Positions 1 through 11,958 of a stretch of 64,000 nt of DNA are shown in pieces. The notes beneath the pieces were generated by a model. That model worked only from the letters and a program-made list of their open reading frames with translations, was not told where the DNA came from and did no database searches. The first letter of the stretch is position 1. Each line of letters begins with the position of its first letter. The position numbers and the translations under genes were made by a program. The stretch comes from Octopus sinensis (Eukaryota): assembly GCF_006345805.1 (NCBI RefSeq), contig NC_043001.1, positions 73,718,001 through 73,782,000 on the forward strand, written 5' to 3'.

Positions 1-170
1 TCTTTTAGCTACAAGTGTTATGTATTTTATTATTCAATCCAAACTTTCATTTCTCCATCATGTATATGACCAATGCAATAATCTGAATATGTTTGGGATA
101 TATAATCATAGAATATGTTGGAATTAAAAGAGAATGTTTTGTAATCCATATGAAAGGCAAATATAATATT

Positions 171-366
171 GATTTCAAATTTTGGCACAAGGCCAGCAGC
201 TTTGAGGGAGAGGTTAAGTTGATGACATTGACCCCAGTGCTCAACTGGTACTTATTTTATTGGCCCTGAAAGGGATGAAAAGCAAAGTTGACCTTGTCAG
301 AATTTGGTCTCAGAATGCTAAGCATTTTGCCTGGCATGTTAATAATACTGCCATCCCACTGTCTTG
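171..366 (-). mobile_element. tRNA-derived SINE, family A (central domain GACTTTGCCTTTCATCCTT..GATAAAATAAGTACCAG, MetaSINE/Sauria-like)
   Basis: Reverse complement carries GTTGACC/TTTCATCCCTTCAGGGCCAATAAAATAAGTACCAGTTGAGCACTGGGGTC. The same module recurs more than 20 times in the window. The superfamily name is from recall. Confidence 0.8.
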
Positions 367-395
367 GCAAATATGATATTAAAAAGTGTTTTTAA

Positions 396-640
396 GAGGC
401 GGGCATAGCTGTGTGGTTAAGAAACTCACTTAGAACCATGTGGTTTCAGTTTAAGTACATTACACAGCACCTTGGGCAAGTGTCTGCTACTATACCCCTA
501 GATCATCTAATGCCTTGTGAGAGAATGCAGTAGACAGAAACTGTGTGGAAGCCTTAAGTACTGGGAGTTATTCGTTTGACTACACTCCTCAAGGCAGTGC
601 TCCAGCATGTCTGCTGTCCAGTAGCAGAAACAAATAAATG
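396..640 (+). mobile_element. tRNA-derived CORE-type SINE, family B
   Basis: Box A-like TAGCTGTGTGGT, box B-like GGTTTCAGTT, then the CORE-like CACCTTGGGCAAGTGTC. Confidence 0.75.
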
Positions 641-967
641 GTCTTATGTAAGAAATAATTGACTACATTCTATATGATGTCATTCTACATCTCTCTCTCT
701 CAGTGCATCAGTTATCAAATGTACACTTTTACAAGCTTATATATGTCACTAGGGAAATATTGAGTGATGTGAGTTGGAAGAGGAATGATTACAAGGCAGA
801 TGCATATGCATAGAGTTGAAGTTAAATCTGAGTCAAGCTACTAGCGACTATTGATTGGATAGAAAAATTGTGAAATCTGGAGTCATCATTTTTCACAATA
901 CTATTGCTTCTTAAATAGTAATAATAGAGATCATTTACTGTTGTTACTCCTAAGTGGTTAATAGTAA

Positions 968-1358
968 ATAGGTGCAGATATGACTGTATGATTACTTAAG
1001 TTCACTTCGCAAACACATGGTTTCAGGTTCAATCCCACTACTTGGTATTTTGACCACATGTTAAGTACTCTATAGCCTCTAGTTGTGAGTGAAATTTGGT
1101 TGAGAGGATATCATTTGGAAGCCTGTTATTATGTGTGTCTTTTTTGCATTGATACTTTATGGGTAGTGGTGATGTTTGTTCATGTTCTGCATAACCAATA
1201 TATTTTCCTTCTTTGTGGTTCAGTAACCTAGTAAGAGTTGCCATTATGCAGGGCATCCAACTGTGGGATGCTGTCTCAAAAAATTCTGTTCAACCCATGT
1301 CAGCATGGAAAAAAGGAAAGCAAACATAAAAACAATGATGGTGATGGTGATGATGAAG
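968..1358 (+). mobile_element. CORE-type SINE with RTE-like 3' tail ending in (GAT)n
   Basis: GGTTCAATCCC box B; tail GGGCATCCAACTGT...CAACCCATGTCAGCATGGAAAA...GATGATGA. Confidence 0.7.
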
Positions 1359-1938
1359 TAGGAAAATAGCGTTATAATTTTATACTTTTCATTTTTGTCA
1401 AAATTCTATCTCTTAAAATAACAATTCTTACTAGAAAATAAACCCATCTTATATTTCCAAGAAAAACATTTTCCTTTCCCTATCATTTTGGGGTTTTCCA
1501 TTAGTATTTTTAAAATCAATAATGATATTCCTAAAGATAACCGTTTTATGATTTTGTTGTTGTTAAAGTTGTGAATTTGTAGTTGTTGGAGTTGTGTAGT
1601 CTGGTTGGGTGATTGAGTTCAAAGTTAGCCTTATGATGTGTATTTAGATTTAGCTCATTCTTCCATTCCTCACCATCAACTATAACTTATGTAAATTGGT
1701 GCCATGAGCTGTTGACATTTGCAATGATTGTTTAAGCCATTCAATCCAAGCTATATACAAAAATACCCACCCTCACAAAAAAACAAAACAGAACAATAGT
1801 TGGAAGAAAATTTGATATCAGAGAAGCTGCTTAAAAATGACTCAATAGAATATTCTTTCACATGTCTAAGGATTTCTATCTCAGATCTTATTGAATTATT
1901 GCTTCAGTCACTGTCAAAAGATTTTATCTTTATGTAAC

Positions 1939-2280
1939 CACAGGCATGGTTATGTTAAGAAACTTGTTCTCCAACTATTGTGGTTTCAGATTCAATCTGA
2001 TTGTGCAGCACTTTGGACAAATGTCCTAGGCTGACCAAAACCTTGTGAGTGGATTTGGTTAGATGGAAACTAAAAGAAGCTCATTGCGCATGTATGATGA
2101 TTGTAAATGAGTATTATATATTTACATTCTTCCACAAAAAAACATGTCTGGCCTTGGGAAAACATTACCTTAGCAACAGATGAGGGTTGGTGACAGGAAG
2201 GGTATCTATCCATAGAAAATCTACTTCAATAAATCCTGTCTGATCCATGCATGTGGATGTTAAAAACCATGATGATGATT
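1939..2280 (+). mobile_element. CORE-type SINE with RTE-like tail
   Basis: Same head as 968-1358; tail GGTTGGTGACAGGAAGGG...GATGTTAAAAACCATGATGATGAT. Confidence 0.7.
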
Positions 2281-3049
2281 TAGTATATATAGTATATATA
2301 ATGCTCATTTCTCTCTTGGGAGGATTTCTGTAACATATGTTATAAAAATAGTCATGGGTTATGTAGTGCTTTTATATTCATACTGATGAATTGTATTTCT
2401 TCACGGTATATATTTGTAACTAGGAGGAGCTTAACCAGATACTCACTGTAGTTCTAGTGGTGTGATATGAATGGTGAAGTTTCTGCTAGTAATTTTGGCA
2501 TCTTGTCAGCTAAACTAGCTATTAATCAGTTATGCTAAGATATTTCCCTATACTAGACATATTCGTTTGGCTTTGATGATGGAGTGTTGGTTGTTATGAT
2601 GAGACTCCACCAAATAAATACATTTTAGGCCTCTTGAAAGAAAGGCTATGAGCTATCATTCTTCCTACATTGTATTTAAAAAGGCCTTCAGAAACCAAAA
2701 GGGGTTTTAAAGGATAGTGCTTCCTTCCTGTTTCATGGCATTAAGTGAATAAGAGTTGCATCTGGATAAGACCCTATTCTGTATTAGTGATGTTACCAGT
2801 TGGTCTGGTATCACTTGTTCTTTACAGCTTGGTGATCTAAGACTTGTTGAAGTCCAGCAATGAAAAAGATAATGAGTTGTTAGTGAATACATCTATTCAC
2901 TTATTTATTTTACTGTTATTCTTTTATATTCTGGAGAAGCACTGAACACTTTGTTAAACTTGATTTGGTTGCAAAGCAAGAAAGAATAGAGAATACAGTA
3001 GAGTGGTGAACCAATATGAAGCATCTTGTTCAGTCTTTTTGTCTCACAT

Positions 3050-3462
3050 CATTATCACCATCATTTTAATGTCCACTTTTCCTTGGTTGCATAGGTCAGA
3101 TGGAGTCTTTCAAGGTAAATTTTCTATACTGGATTCCCTTTCTGTCACCAACCTTCATTTATTTCCCCATGACCAAACATGTTTTCACAGAAGATTGGAA
3201 ATGAAAAACACTGCTTGCATGATGGTGACACTTTACAACTATCATGCAAAGTCAAGGCAAGGAGACGGTAACACATATGCATGCAGACACATACAAATAT
3301 TCATACATATGTACATAATGCAGGCTTCTTTCAGATTCGATTTACCAAGGTTTTGGTTAGAATGGGGCTGTAATAGAAGACACTTACCTAAAGTGTCACA
3401 CAATGAGGCTGAGCCCAAAATCATGTGGTTAAGAAGTAAGCTTCTCACCACAGTGCCATGCC
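3050..3462 (-). mobile_element. CORE-type SINE with RTE-like tail
   Basis: Reverse copy of the 1939-2280 architecture: (ATC)n start, AATGTCCACTTTTCC, and the head at the right end. Confidence 0.7.
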
Positions 3463-3776
3463 TGATGTTATTTATTTATTAAATAAATAAGACTTAGTTG
3501 AATCTGAAATGTCTTATTTCAGATTTTCCATAATCGCTTTATAATACTGGTTTACATCAAATCTCCTTTTTTTCCATTAATCCTTTCTTCCTTATCACCT
3601 TCTCTTTTTTCCTCTCTGTTCAAATACCTTTTATCCCAGCATTCTTAACAATTGTTAAAATATTTATCATAACAAATTTAGAATATGCATCAAGCATCTC
3701 TTTAGATATTACTTGCTGCTTTTCATTACTGACATTTCATTGTGATACAACACCACATCTTCAATTCATATCTTAA

Positions 3777-3995
3777 CCCTTTAGCATTCAGATTATTCTG
3801 TCAGATGTAATACTTATTTATTCACATTGTTTTTAATCAATCATACATTATCTTGTAGCTTTGAGATTTAAATTATATGATTGTTTATCTTTAGAATTGC
3901 ATTGTAGGGCAGGTGTGAGAGTCAGATCTGGCTAGTTTGAATATAAAACAGGTTGAATATTTCAATCTGATATAGCTGGTTTAAATGCTAAAAGG
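3777..3995. mobile_element. piggyBac-like MITE, family 1
   Basis: TTAA|CCCTTTAGCATT ... AATGCTAAAAGG|TTAA: terminal inverted repeats with a TTAA target duplication at 3773-3776 and 3996-3999. Sister copies at 21949 and 33240. Confidence 0.8.
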
Positions 3996-4854
3996 TTAAA
4001 TTCTATTTTTTTGTCTGTTGGCATGAAGTGTAGATATTAATGTCTTACTGGATTTGCCAATAATTCTAAATGGATTATTTAAATAATAAATATTTGCTTT
4101 CAACTTTTGGTTCATTACACTTCAATAATTGGACTTGGGTTTAGTTCTCTTCGGAGATAACTCTTGCTAAAACCAATATTTGAAACGTCAACTCATCTCT
4201 GCTTTTTTGAGTATGTGTTGTGATTGCATGCTTTAGACATTTTATCTGTGGTAAATGATGTCTAATCCTGCTCATTGTCAGTTAATGGTCTCCTTCCATA
4301 ATGTCGTGAGTTGGATGGTCTCACAGGAGCTGGCAAGTCAGAAGACTGTTCCAAGTTCTGCTGTCTACTTTAGCATGGTCTCTATGGTTGGATACCATTC
4401 TTAACACTAATCACTTAACAGAATGTGTTGGGTGCTTTTTATGCAGTACCAAAAGCAATGAGGTCACCAAGCAACATGCTTGGTGACTTCATTGCTGGAG
4501 TGGTGAGTAATATTGAGGGAGGTGGCTTTGTGCTAGGTGATGAGAGTTTAGAGGTTGAATAGAAAAGAAATGGTATTTTATCAATGAATGAAATACTAGA
4601 ACATCATTTGATAGCTTACCTATTACCAAATGTATAGTCTACATAAATTTTATCTGTTACATTATAGAAAAGAAACAGTTTCTCATTGGATTTTAAAAAC
4701 ATATTGCATTCTTTGTTTTAACATCAACATTAAATCTTTGACATGTTATAGTTCTAAGTAGGCTGTCAGTAAAAAAGAAACCACATATAATTGTATGAAG
4801 ACCAACTTATCTAAAGATTAAAAAAAACAAATTTACCTTCTCTTGTATTTTAGA

Positions 4855-5180
4855 TGTCATTGTCACCACTGTCATTTAATGTCCACTTTTCTGTGCTTGC
4901 ATGGACCAGATTGAATTTATTGAGGCAAACTTTTTACAGCTAGATGCTCTTCCTGTCACTAACCCTCCCTGTAATATTTCTCCATGGCCAGACATGTTTT
5001 CATGGAAGACTAGAAAGGAACAGCCTCACTTTTATGCTCATGATGTTCATTTGCAACCATCATGTAATGTCTTGGCAAAGGTGTACACACACACACACAC
5101 ACACACAAACGTGTGCCAATACACACATTTATTTCTCTCTTCTTGCTTGTACAAGTTGTGAGCTTAAACATTTTCATCAT
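4855..5180 (-). mobile_element. RTE-tailed SINE fragment ending in (CA)n
   Basis: GTCATTTAATGTCCACTTTTC...GATGCTCTTCCTGTCACTAACCC motif shared with 3050-3462. Confidence 0.65.
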
Positions 5181-5230
5181 TATTTGTAGATAACTTATTG
5201 CTGGATGTTTTTTTTTTTCCTGTTAACAAT

Positions 5231-5437
5231 TTAATGAAATGGGTTTGTGGGCCCTGGAAAGGGTAGCACTGCTGAGGATAGTGCTAACTGGACACAAGCT
5301 GTGGTTTGATCAACCATTGTTAGGTTACTCAAGTGAAGGTATTTGATTGTTGAAAGATCTGAAATGCCTAATGATCTGGAAACTTCATTAATGGTATATC
5401 TAGGTGCATTGCAACAAGGTGATCTATGAAAAACTAT
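5231..5437 (-). CDS. candidate terminal coding exon of a small uncharacterised protein (IVFHRSPCCNAPRYTINEVSRSLGISDLSTIKYLHLSNLT...PTNPFH*)
   Basis: Acceptor TATTTTATTCTACTTGCCTTTATCAG, 68 stop-free codons in phase 0, and ATTAAA overlapping the stop. Non-repetitive sequence; no homolog recognised. Confidence 0.4.
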   Translation of the reverse strand: MVFHRSPCCNAPRYTINEVSRSLGISDLSTIKYLHLSNLTMVDQTTACVQLALSSAVLPFPGPTNPFH

Positions 5438-5798
5438 CTGATAAAGGCAAGTAGAATAAAATACCTTGCTAATACTTTGTGAACTCAATATTTTTATATC
5501 AGTAGGATGGTATCTATTCAATGGGTGCATAGTTCTAAATAGAATATAAATTTTTATTACTGATTCTAAGTTTTGTTGCTCAAGTTAATCTACAATAGAT
5601 GTGTTTAAAAATAACTTAATGAGTAACCCAATCCTTCGTTCAGGTCTTTGATTGCAGCATCATGTTGTAGGAATATGTCTATATTATTACAAATATAATC
5701 ATTTCTAAATTGGTCTTATTGTCTGTTAGTTTCATATAGGACTGATGCTGGCACTGTGACAAGATAGTGCAGCAAGCATTTATGCATCTTCCTATTAT

Positions 5799-5840
<42 letters not shown>

Positions 5841-5897
5841 GAGAGATTGAATCTCCTGATCATCGAAGATTCTTGAGAAATAATAACAAAAGCTCAC

Positions 5898-5966
5898 CTG
5901 CAAGCAGTCAGACATTGTTGCAGCTGCTTTTATGCAAGTTAGTTTTGTTGTTATATTTACTTACTA
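5898..5966 (-). CDS. candidate start-codon exon (ATG at 5915; MSDCLQ)
   Basis: Poly-T tract plus CTCAG/TAG tandem acceptor, ATG in CAACAATG context, donor CAG|GTGAGC. Phase 0 matches the 5437 exon. Confidence 0.4.
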
Positions 5967-6310
5967 CTGAGGCTTGGATTAAAAAAAAAACAACTCAGTC
6001 CTTTGTATTAATATTGTGTGTTTATATGCAATTGTGCCCCAATAGGTGCTAATTTGTCTCTTTCTGATCCCAGACTCTGTCAACTCTGGTGTATCATTAA
6101 AATTCCATTTATCACCTCTCTTTGATAATAATTCACTTGTAATAGATGCCATTTTGTTTTTGTCTGTTTTTTTTCTTTTTCATAGAAGAGATTTTACTCA
6201 TTTACACTTCAAGAATATATAGTGTTTAAGAATATAGATATTATTTGGTGTACATAATTTTAAAAAGAAACAAAAAGAATTGTGTTGTGTTAGTATGTAA
6301 ATCATCTCAC

Positions 6311-6392
6311 CCAAATGTAATTTCAGTTGAATCTTTTCTGTAAGGCTATGAGCTGCTCTTTTCTTCTATCTATGAGAGAACTAAGATGTCTG
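6311..6392 (-). other. candidate exon (5' UTR exon, or last coding exon RHLSSLIDRRKEQLIALQKRFN*)
   Basis: Acceptor CCTTTGTTCTTTTAG(CAG), donor TGG|GTGAGA; contains no ATG; one frame is open to a TGA at 6325-6323. Confidence 0.35.
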
Positions 6393-6739
6393 CTAAAAGA
6401 ACAAAGGCTTTTCTGTTAGATAATTTTTTTCTTCTACAGCAATATCTATGGAGAAGCACACGTATTATTCCTCTCACAGAAACATATCTTTTATTTCACA
6501 CTTTTTTCTATCTCTCCCTCCCTTCAGTTCAAGTTATATTATCTTACAACTTTATTCTGAAAGGTAGAGAATCTGCATATAAGATTCACTCACCCAACCA
6601 CTCACCTCTTGTACACATGAACAACAAAGACTTTCAGTTATTATAGTTTAATGTCTCTCACTTCCCTCATTCCTTTACTTTTATCTGCTGTCTCTTCCAC
6701 TTACCACAGTAATTTCACATCATGCACTGAGGGCATCCA

Positions 6740-7020
6740 TCTCACCTTTCTCTGAAGTCCTAGATTTTCTGTGACTTCAATATACACAGGTACTCTTCAT
6801 TCTAACATTAACCCTACTGATGCAAAAATCAAATTATTTGCTATTCTGAATAGTCTGCACCAGTTAACCTCATCATTTGCCTCTATCTCCCAACTGACTC
6901 ACCAAACACTACGATTTCAGCTAAACTGTCCATTTTCCAAAATACCCTTGACATCAGCAAAGCATTTGTCTAGCAAAATTGGACTAATGACTTCCATTCA
7001 GATCACACTTTTGCAACAAT
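6740..7020 (+). mobile_element. highly decayed CR1/L2-clade LINE remnant
   Basis: Translates to CDFNIH at 6770-6787 (APE motif GDFNxH) and LDISKAF at 6947-6967 (RT motif). The motifs are far too close together, implying large deletions. Confidence 0.45.
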
Positions 7021-7289
7021 TTTAACAGTGCATATTCAAGAAATAGTTTTTCATACATTGAAGCATGTAATATAGGTCCAACTTCACATGTAGGACTCGG
7101 GGTGATTTTTTTGGGTGGAGGAGAGGGTTACAGAAAAAGTGCATTTTTGATGTCATCAAGTACAGTACTCCTTCCTTCCTAAAGTTGTCTTTGTCCTTAA
7201 TCAAAAGATTATTTTGGGTAGGTGCCATAGAGCTTAAAGCTCTTGGTGCAATAAATTTGTGATTCAGTTTAAGTTATCTACATAGTTAC

Positions 7290-7900
7290 CCTGTCATCAA
7301 TATCATCAATGGCTGTTTTCCATACTTGTATGGATTGGATGGTTTGACAGGATCTTACAAAATGCAATTGAGCTCCATTGTCAACTTTGGCATGGTTTCT
7401 ATGGCTGGTTGTACTTACTAATGTCAACCACTTCAAAAACTTATTGGGTACTTTTTTCTGTGTCACTGGCACTTGTGAGGTTGTCTTGTAAACTTGCAAG
7501 AAAAAGAACAGGGGTGGGGGAGATAAAACGCTCCCACTACAAAGAGGGGAGTATTATAGAAGGGAAGGTGGAGGTGGGTGGCTTTATGCCAGGTGTTGAA
7601 AGTCTAATGTATGATAGAAGGACCAGCACAGGTGCCTTGAAGAGAAGATACATAGTTGAAAGAAATAAAAGGAAGGTAATGATGGGGTACTAAAACAAAC
7701 TTTCAAGGTACAAGAGGGTGAGCAGAAGAGAGGATACAAACAGTGGGTCATAGGAGGGGATGACTGAGTGGATACTTTCACATGAAGGCAAAGAGAGAGT
7801 AACAGATGGTTAAAGGTGAGGGTAGAGGTGAATATAGTGAGTGAGGAACAAGGATGGAAGTCCCTTTTGTTATTCTCTCTTCCTTCATTACACTATATGT
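7290..7900 (-). mobile_element. long RTE-tailed non-autonomous retroelement
   Basis: RTE-like tail followed by a purine-rich body shared with 9880-10480, 13200-13700 and 55910-56440. Confidence 0.6.
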
Positions 7901-8590
7901 ATGTATGTGATTGATTGATTGATTAATATGCATGGGGAATGAATAAGGAAAATGATGAATTTTATTTAGCAATTGAATAATGAATACAAATTTGTTTTGG
8001 TTGTCCAGAACATGTAAATAGCTTATATTATCATATTTAATAAACAAGCTACTTGTGTGTCTGCATTCATTTGAAATACGAAAAGTTCACAGAAGATAAT
8101 GCAGAATTTGGACTACTTCGTCAGGCGAAATTGTTTAATTGTTAGATACACCTCAATTTTAATATGCCTTCTTGACTTTAGGATATATGAACTCTGTGTT
8201 AAACTTTAAAAAAAAAACAAAAAAAAAACTACGGAAGACAATAATGACAACTACTATATAAATAAAAATGATTTTCTGATAAATTAAAGGGGATATGGGT
8301 AATATAATTAAAAAATTAATAATTGTATAAACATTATTTATATTTAAATAGTTACCAAATATGAATAATTATTATAATATAGCTGATGTATTTAACAATA
8401 TAGATAAATACATATACAAACAAACACGTATACACACTCTCTCTCTCTTTCTCTCTGTATATATACCTGTTGTAAAGTTAACCTTGTTGAAATTACATGA
8501 TCATCTTTTTTTTTCTAGAAATTTAGAAACTGAATTTGATCTTGATAATGATAGTGTTAAAATCAATTTTGATATTTAGTTTGTTGAGCA

Positions 8591-8808
8591 AAGCAGTGAG
8601 TTGGCAGAGTTGTTAAGCATGTTGGGCAAAATGCTTTGTGGCATTTTGTTCATCTTTACGTTCTGAGTTCAAATTCCTCCAAGGTTGACTTCATCTTTCA
8701 TCCTTTTGGAGTTAATAAAATAAGTACCTGTTGAGCACTGAGGTTGATGTAATCAACTGACCCCCCTCCCCTGAACTTGCTGACCTTGTATCAAAATTTG
8801 AAATCAAT
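8591..8808 (+). mobile_element. SINE family A
   Basis: TGGCAGAGTTG box A, GAGTTCAAATTCC box B, and central TTTCATCCTTTTGGAGTTAATAAAATAAGTACC. Confidence 0.8.
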
Positions 8809-9879
8809 ATTTAGTTTAAGTGATGCACACATGATTGTCTTCTCAATACAGAATAAAGAATATGTAATTTAAGTCAGGATTTTTTAAAACTCATAACTTT
8901 TTTATTGTATTTCTTAAAAAATATTCTTCAGATTTTATGTTCAGAGCAAAGCAATTAATAAAAATGAATTCTTTTAACTAGAAAAACATTTTCTTCAAAA
9001 ATTGTCCTGTTTACTTCATATAAAGATTTGTAAAATTTTGTTCTGATGAGTTGAACATTGATTGATACAGTCTCTAATGTCGGCATACTTATAAAATATT
9101 ATGATATATTATTACTATCACAGAAACAAGTAATATTATTGTGGTTTAGGTTGTTTACAACATGTCACTTAGCTTGGCCATACCATTCCAAATATGACCA
9201 TGAATTTGGGGCCAGGGGAAAATTGGTAATGTTTATTTTTGTGAGTAATGTATATCCCCCTCCCCCAAAAGTGCACATTATACATGAATAGACATGGTAT
9301 TTTAAGACGAAAATTGAAAGAATATTCAAGTAAATGTGATATCTTGAACTAATACAATTTTTACATCATTCATCTAATGCCAGCATGTAAAAACTAACAT
9401 TAAACTGATGATTTTATAAAAGCAGAACAGCTATAGCTTTTTTTTTTTTTTAAGTTTCTTTATCATTTGATTGTTATCAGTTCATTTTGGTCATATTTGC
9501 CACACATCTGTTTACTGGAAAGCTTTTCAAAGCAAAATATTTTACTTTTTTAAACTTTGAACTGATAAATTTTATTGCAAAACATTACCTGTTCAAGTTT
9601 ATATAACTCTTTGAAACTATGTAATCTTAGTTGTTAGGGTGTTTGAAATTTTTGCTGACTGCTATTTGGAAACTACTTTGTGGGGCTGTTTTATTTCTGT
9701 TTCTGATTTAGAGAGTATTAAGTCCACCTTTGATAACATAGTCACTTGAGCATTTTCGTAATGGCCTTATGTTTTCTCTCTGCACCTGGCATTGGCATTA
9801 GTATAATATCCTTCCCCTGATCATATTTGTAATGAAAAATATACTACCAAAACAGTTCAGTTAATTAATCAAGAATATA

Positions 9880-10480
9880 AATCATCATTTAATGTCCGTC
9901 TTTTTCATGCTGGTATGGGTTGCATGGTTTAACATGACTGACAAGCCAAATGACTGTACCAAGCTCCAGTGCCTGTTTTGGTTTGGTTTTTTATGGCTGG
10001 ATGCCTTTCCTAATGCCAACTATTTTACAACATGGACTGGATTCTTTTTTTTTTTACATGGTACTGGCACCAGTGAGGTCACCAAGGAGCTCACAAGATA
10101 TGACCATCTGAACTGAGTGGGCTTGTAGTATTGAGGACGCTGGTTTAATGCCGGGTGATGAGAGGTTAAAGGGTGATAGAAGGACTGGAACAAGTGTCTT
10201 ACTCTAGAGGCAACACATGGCTATGCTAGCTGGAAAAAGAGAGAAGATGGTGATAATGAAGTGTTAAGGTGTTGTACTTTAAAATCACAGGAAAGTAAAT
10301 ATGAGAGAAGTGGAACAGAGGATTGGACTGGGTGAGTTTGCATGAATGTGAAAGCAGAGTGGGCAGATAGACAGAGATGGGATAGAGGTGAATACAGTGA
10401 ATGGTGAACACAAGTGGAGAAATGGTCATTGGTGAATATCAGTTTCAAAGGTAGGAGAATGGAGGAACTTGGAGTGGGTC
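9880..10480 (-). mobile_element. long RTE-tailed non-autonomous retroelement
   Basis: CATCATTTAATGTCCGTC...GGATGCCTTTCCTAATGCCAAC tail plus a purine-rich body. Confidence 0.65.
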
Positions 10481-10577
10481 ATCTACTCTGCTTCTTTCTT
10501 TTTATGTATATTTATAGATAAACTGGTATTTGGAAGACAGCATAATAAATGTTTCCAGACTAAAACTTCTTGGTATC

Positions 10578-10878
10578 ATTCATCATCATCATTGTTTAAC
10601 GTCCATTTTCCATGCTAGCATGGGTTGGGCAGTTCGACCGGAGTCTGGGAAGCCAGGAGGCTGCACTTGGATGCCCTTCCTAACGCCAACCACTCCGTGA
10701 GTGTAGGGGATGCTTTTTATGTGCCACCGGCACAGGTGCCAGGGGAGGCTGGCAATAGCCACGATTGGTTAGTGCTTTTTACGTGCCACTGGCATCGGCC
10801 ACATTCGGATGGTGCTTTTTACGTGCCACAGGCACGGGTATCACAACTACAATTTCCATTTGATTTTTATTTTGATGC
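10578..10878 (-). mobile_element. young RTE-tailed SINE with internal GTGCTTTTTACGTGCCAC repeats
   Basis: CpGs are retained; three copies of GTGCTTTTTAYGTGCCAC. Close relatives at 42014 and 43222; this copy has an approximately 35-bp deletion after GGCTGCAC. Confidence 0.8.
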
Positions 10879-11579
10879 TCTGAACAATTTAAATATAAAC
10901 CCTTTAATATGGGTGAATTCACTTCACTTAGTACTGAAAGAGTTAAGAGCTGTTTTGCAGTTGTGTGAATAACTGACATAACTCTAAAATTGTAGCGTTT
11001 ATTCTGTATATTACCATGTGAATGATTAGTTTTATATCGTCTTTTTTTTTTTAGTGTACAAATATATTTATATTTCACTTCTTTAGATTTCTTCTTCAGT
11101 TTAACGTGTTAAAATCTATTTGCTTAAACTATTTTTTGAAGAGTATAACTAAAATATGTTTTAGCCTTATTTCATGAAACTATGTGGTTGACCTTTCTGA
11201 GGTCAGCATGTTATCCTTCATGCATTTGACCTTTCTATTGCCATTTTCATAAAGTTTTTCCTTGGAAGTAATGACATTTACAATAGTCAGTTACCAGCAG
11301 ACATTTCTGGCAGTAGCAGTATCTTTGTGATCCAGCCAACTGTCCTAAGCATCATTAGGGGAGAAGTAGTCATGGTATGGAGAAATGGAATGATAAAATA
11401 ATAAACAAAAATAAAGTAAAAAAAAAATCTGATGTTTTGTTTCCACAGAAAATCCACATTATAAAGACACCTTATAAATTATTTTCTTCAATCTTAACTA
11501 TATTTGATACTTGCTACATGATTAGTTTTCTTAATGATTTTATTAACTTCAGATTTAAACAAAGATAAAAGGTTCAATT

Positions 11580-11958
11580 TGCAGGGACGAATGTGTGGTT
11601 AAGAAGTTCACTTTGCAGCCACATAGTTTCGGGTTCAGTCCCACTGTGTGATAGCTTGGCCAAATGTCTTCTACCATAGCCCCCGACTAATGTGAGTGAA
11701 TTTGGTAGATGGAAACTTTGTAGGAGCTCATTGTATATATGCATGTGTGTATGCTTATGTTTGTCCCCTACCACTGCTTGACAATTGGTGTTGGTTTGTT
11801 TATGTCCCTGTAACTTCATGGTTTGGTAAAAGAAACTGATAGAATAAGTAGCAAACTTAAAAAGAAATAAGTGCTGGAATCAATTTATTTTACTAAACCC
11901 TTCAAGATGGTGTCCTACCATGGCTGCAGTCTAATGACTGAAACAAGTAAAAGATAAG
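11580..11958 (+). mobile_element. CORE-type SINE family B with non-RTE tail (ends AAACAAGTAAAAGATAA)
   Basis: GGTTCAGTCCC box B, CORE motif, central (TG)n, and tail CATGGCTGCAGTCTAATGACTGAAACAAG. Confidence 0.8.

Noticed and set aside
3003-3482. 159-aa ORF, the longest non-mariner ORF
   Set aside because: It lies almost entirely within a SINE and has no protein motif.
5841-5937. Plus-strand 97-nt exon candidate (GEIESPDHRRFLRNNNKSS..)
   Set aside because: The acceptor is preceded by (TA)n rather than pyrimidines, and it overlaps the better-supported minus-strand exon. Not excluded, but unsupported.
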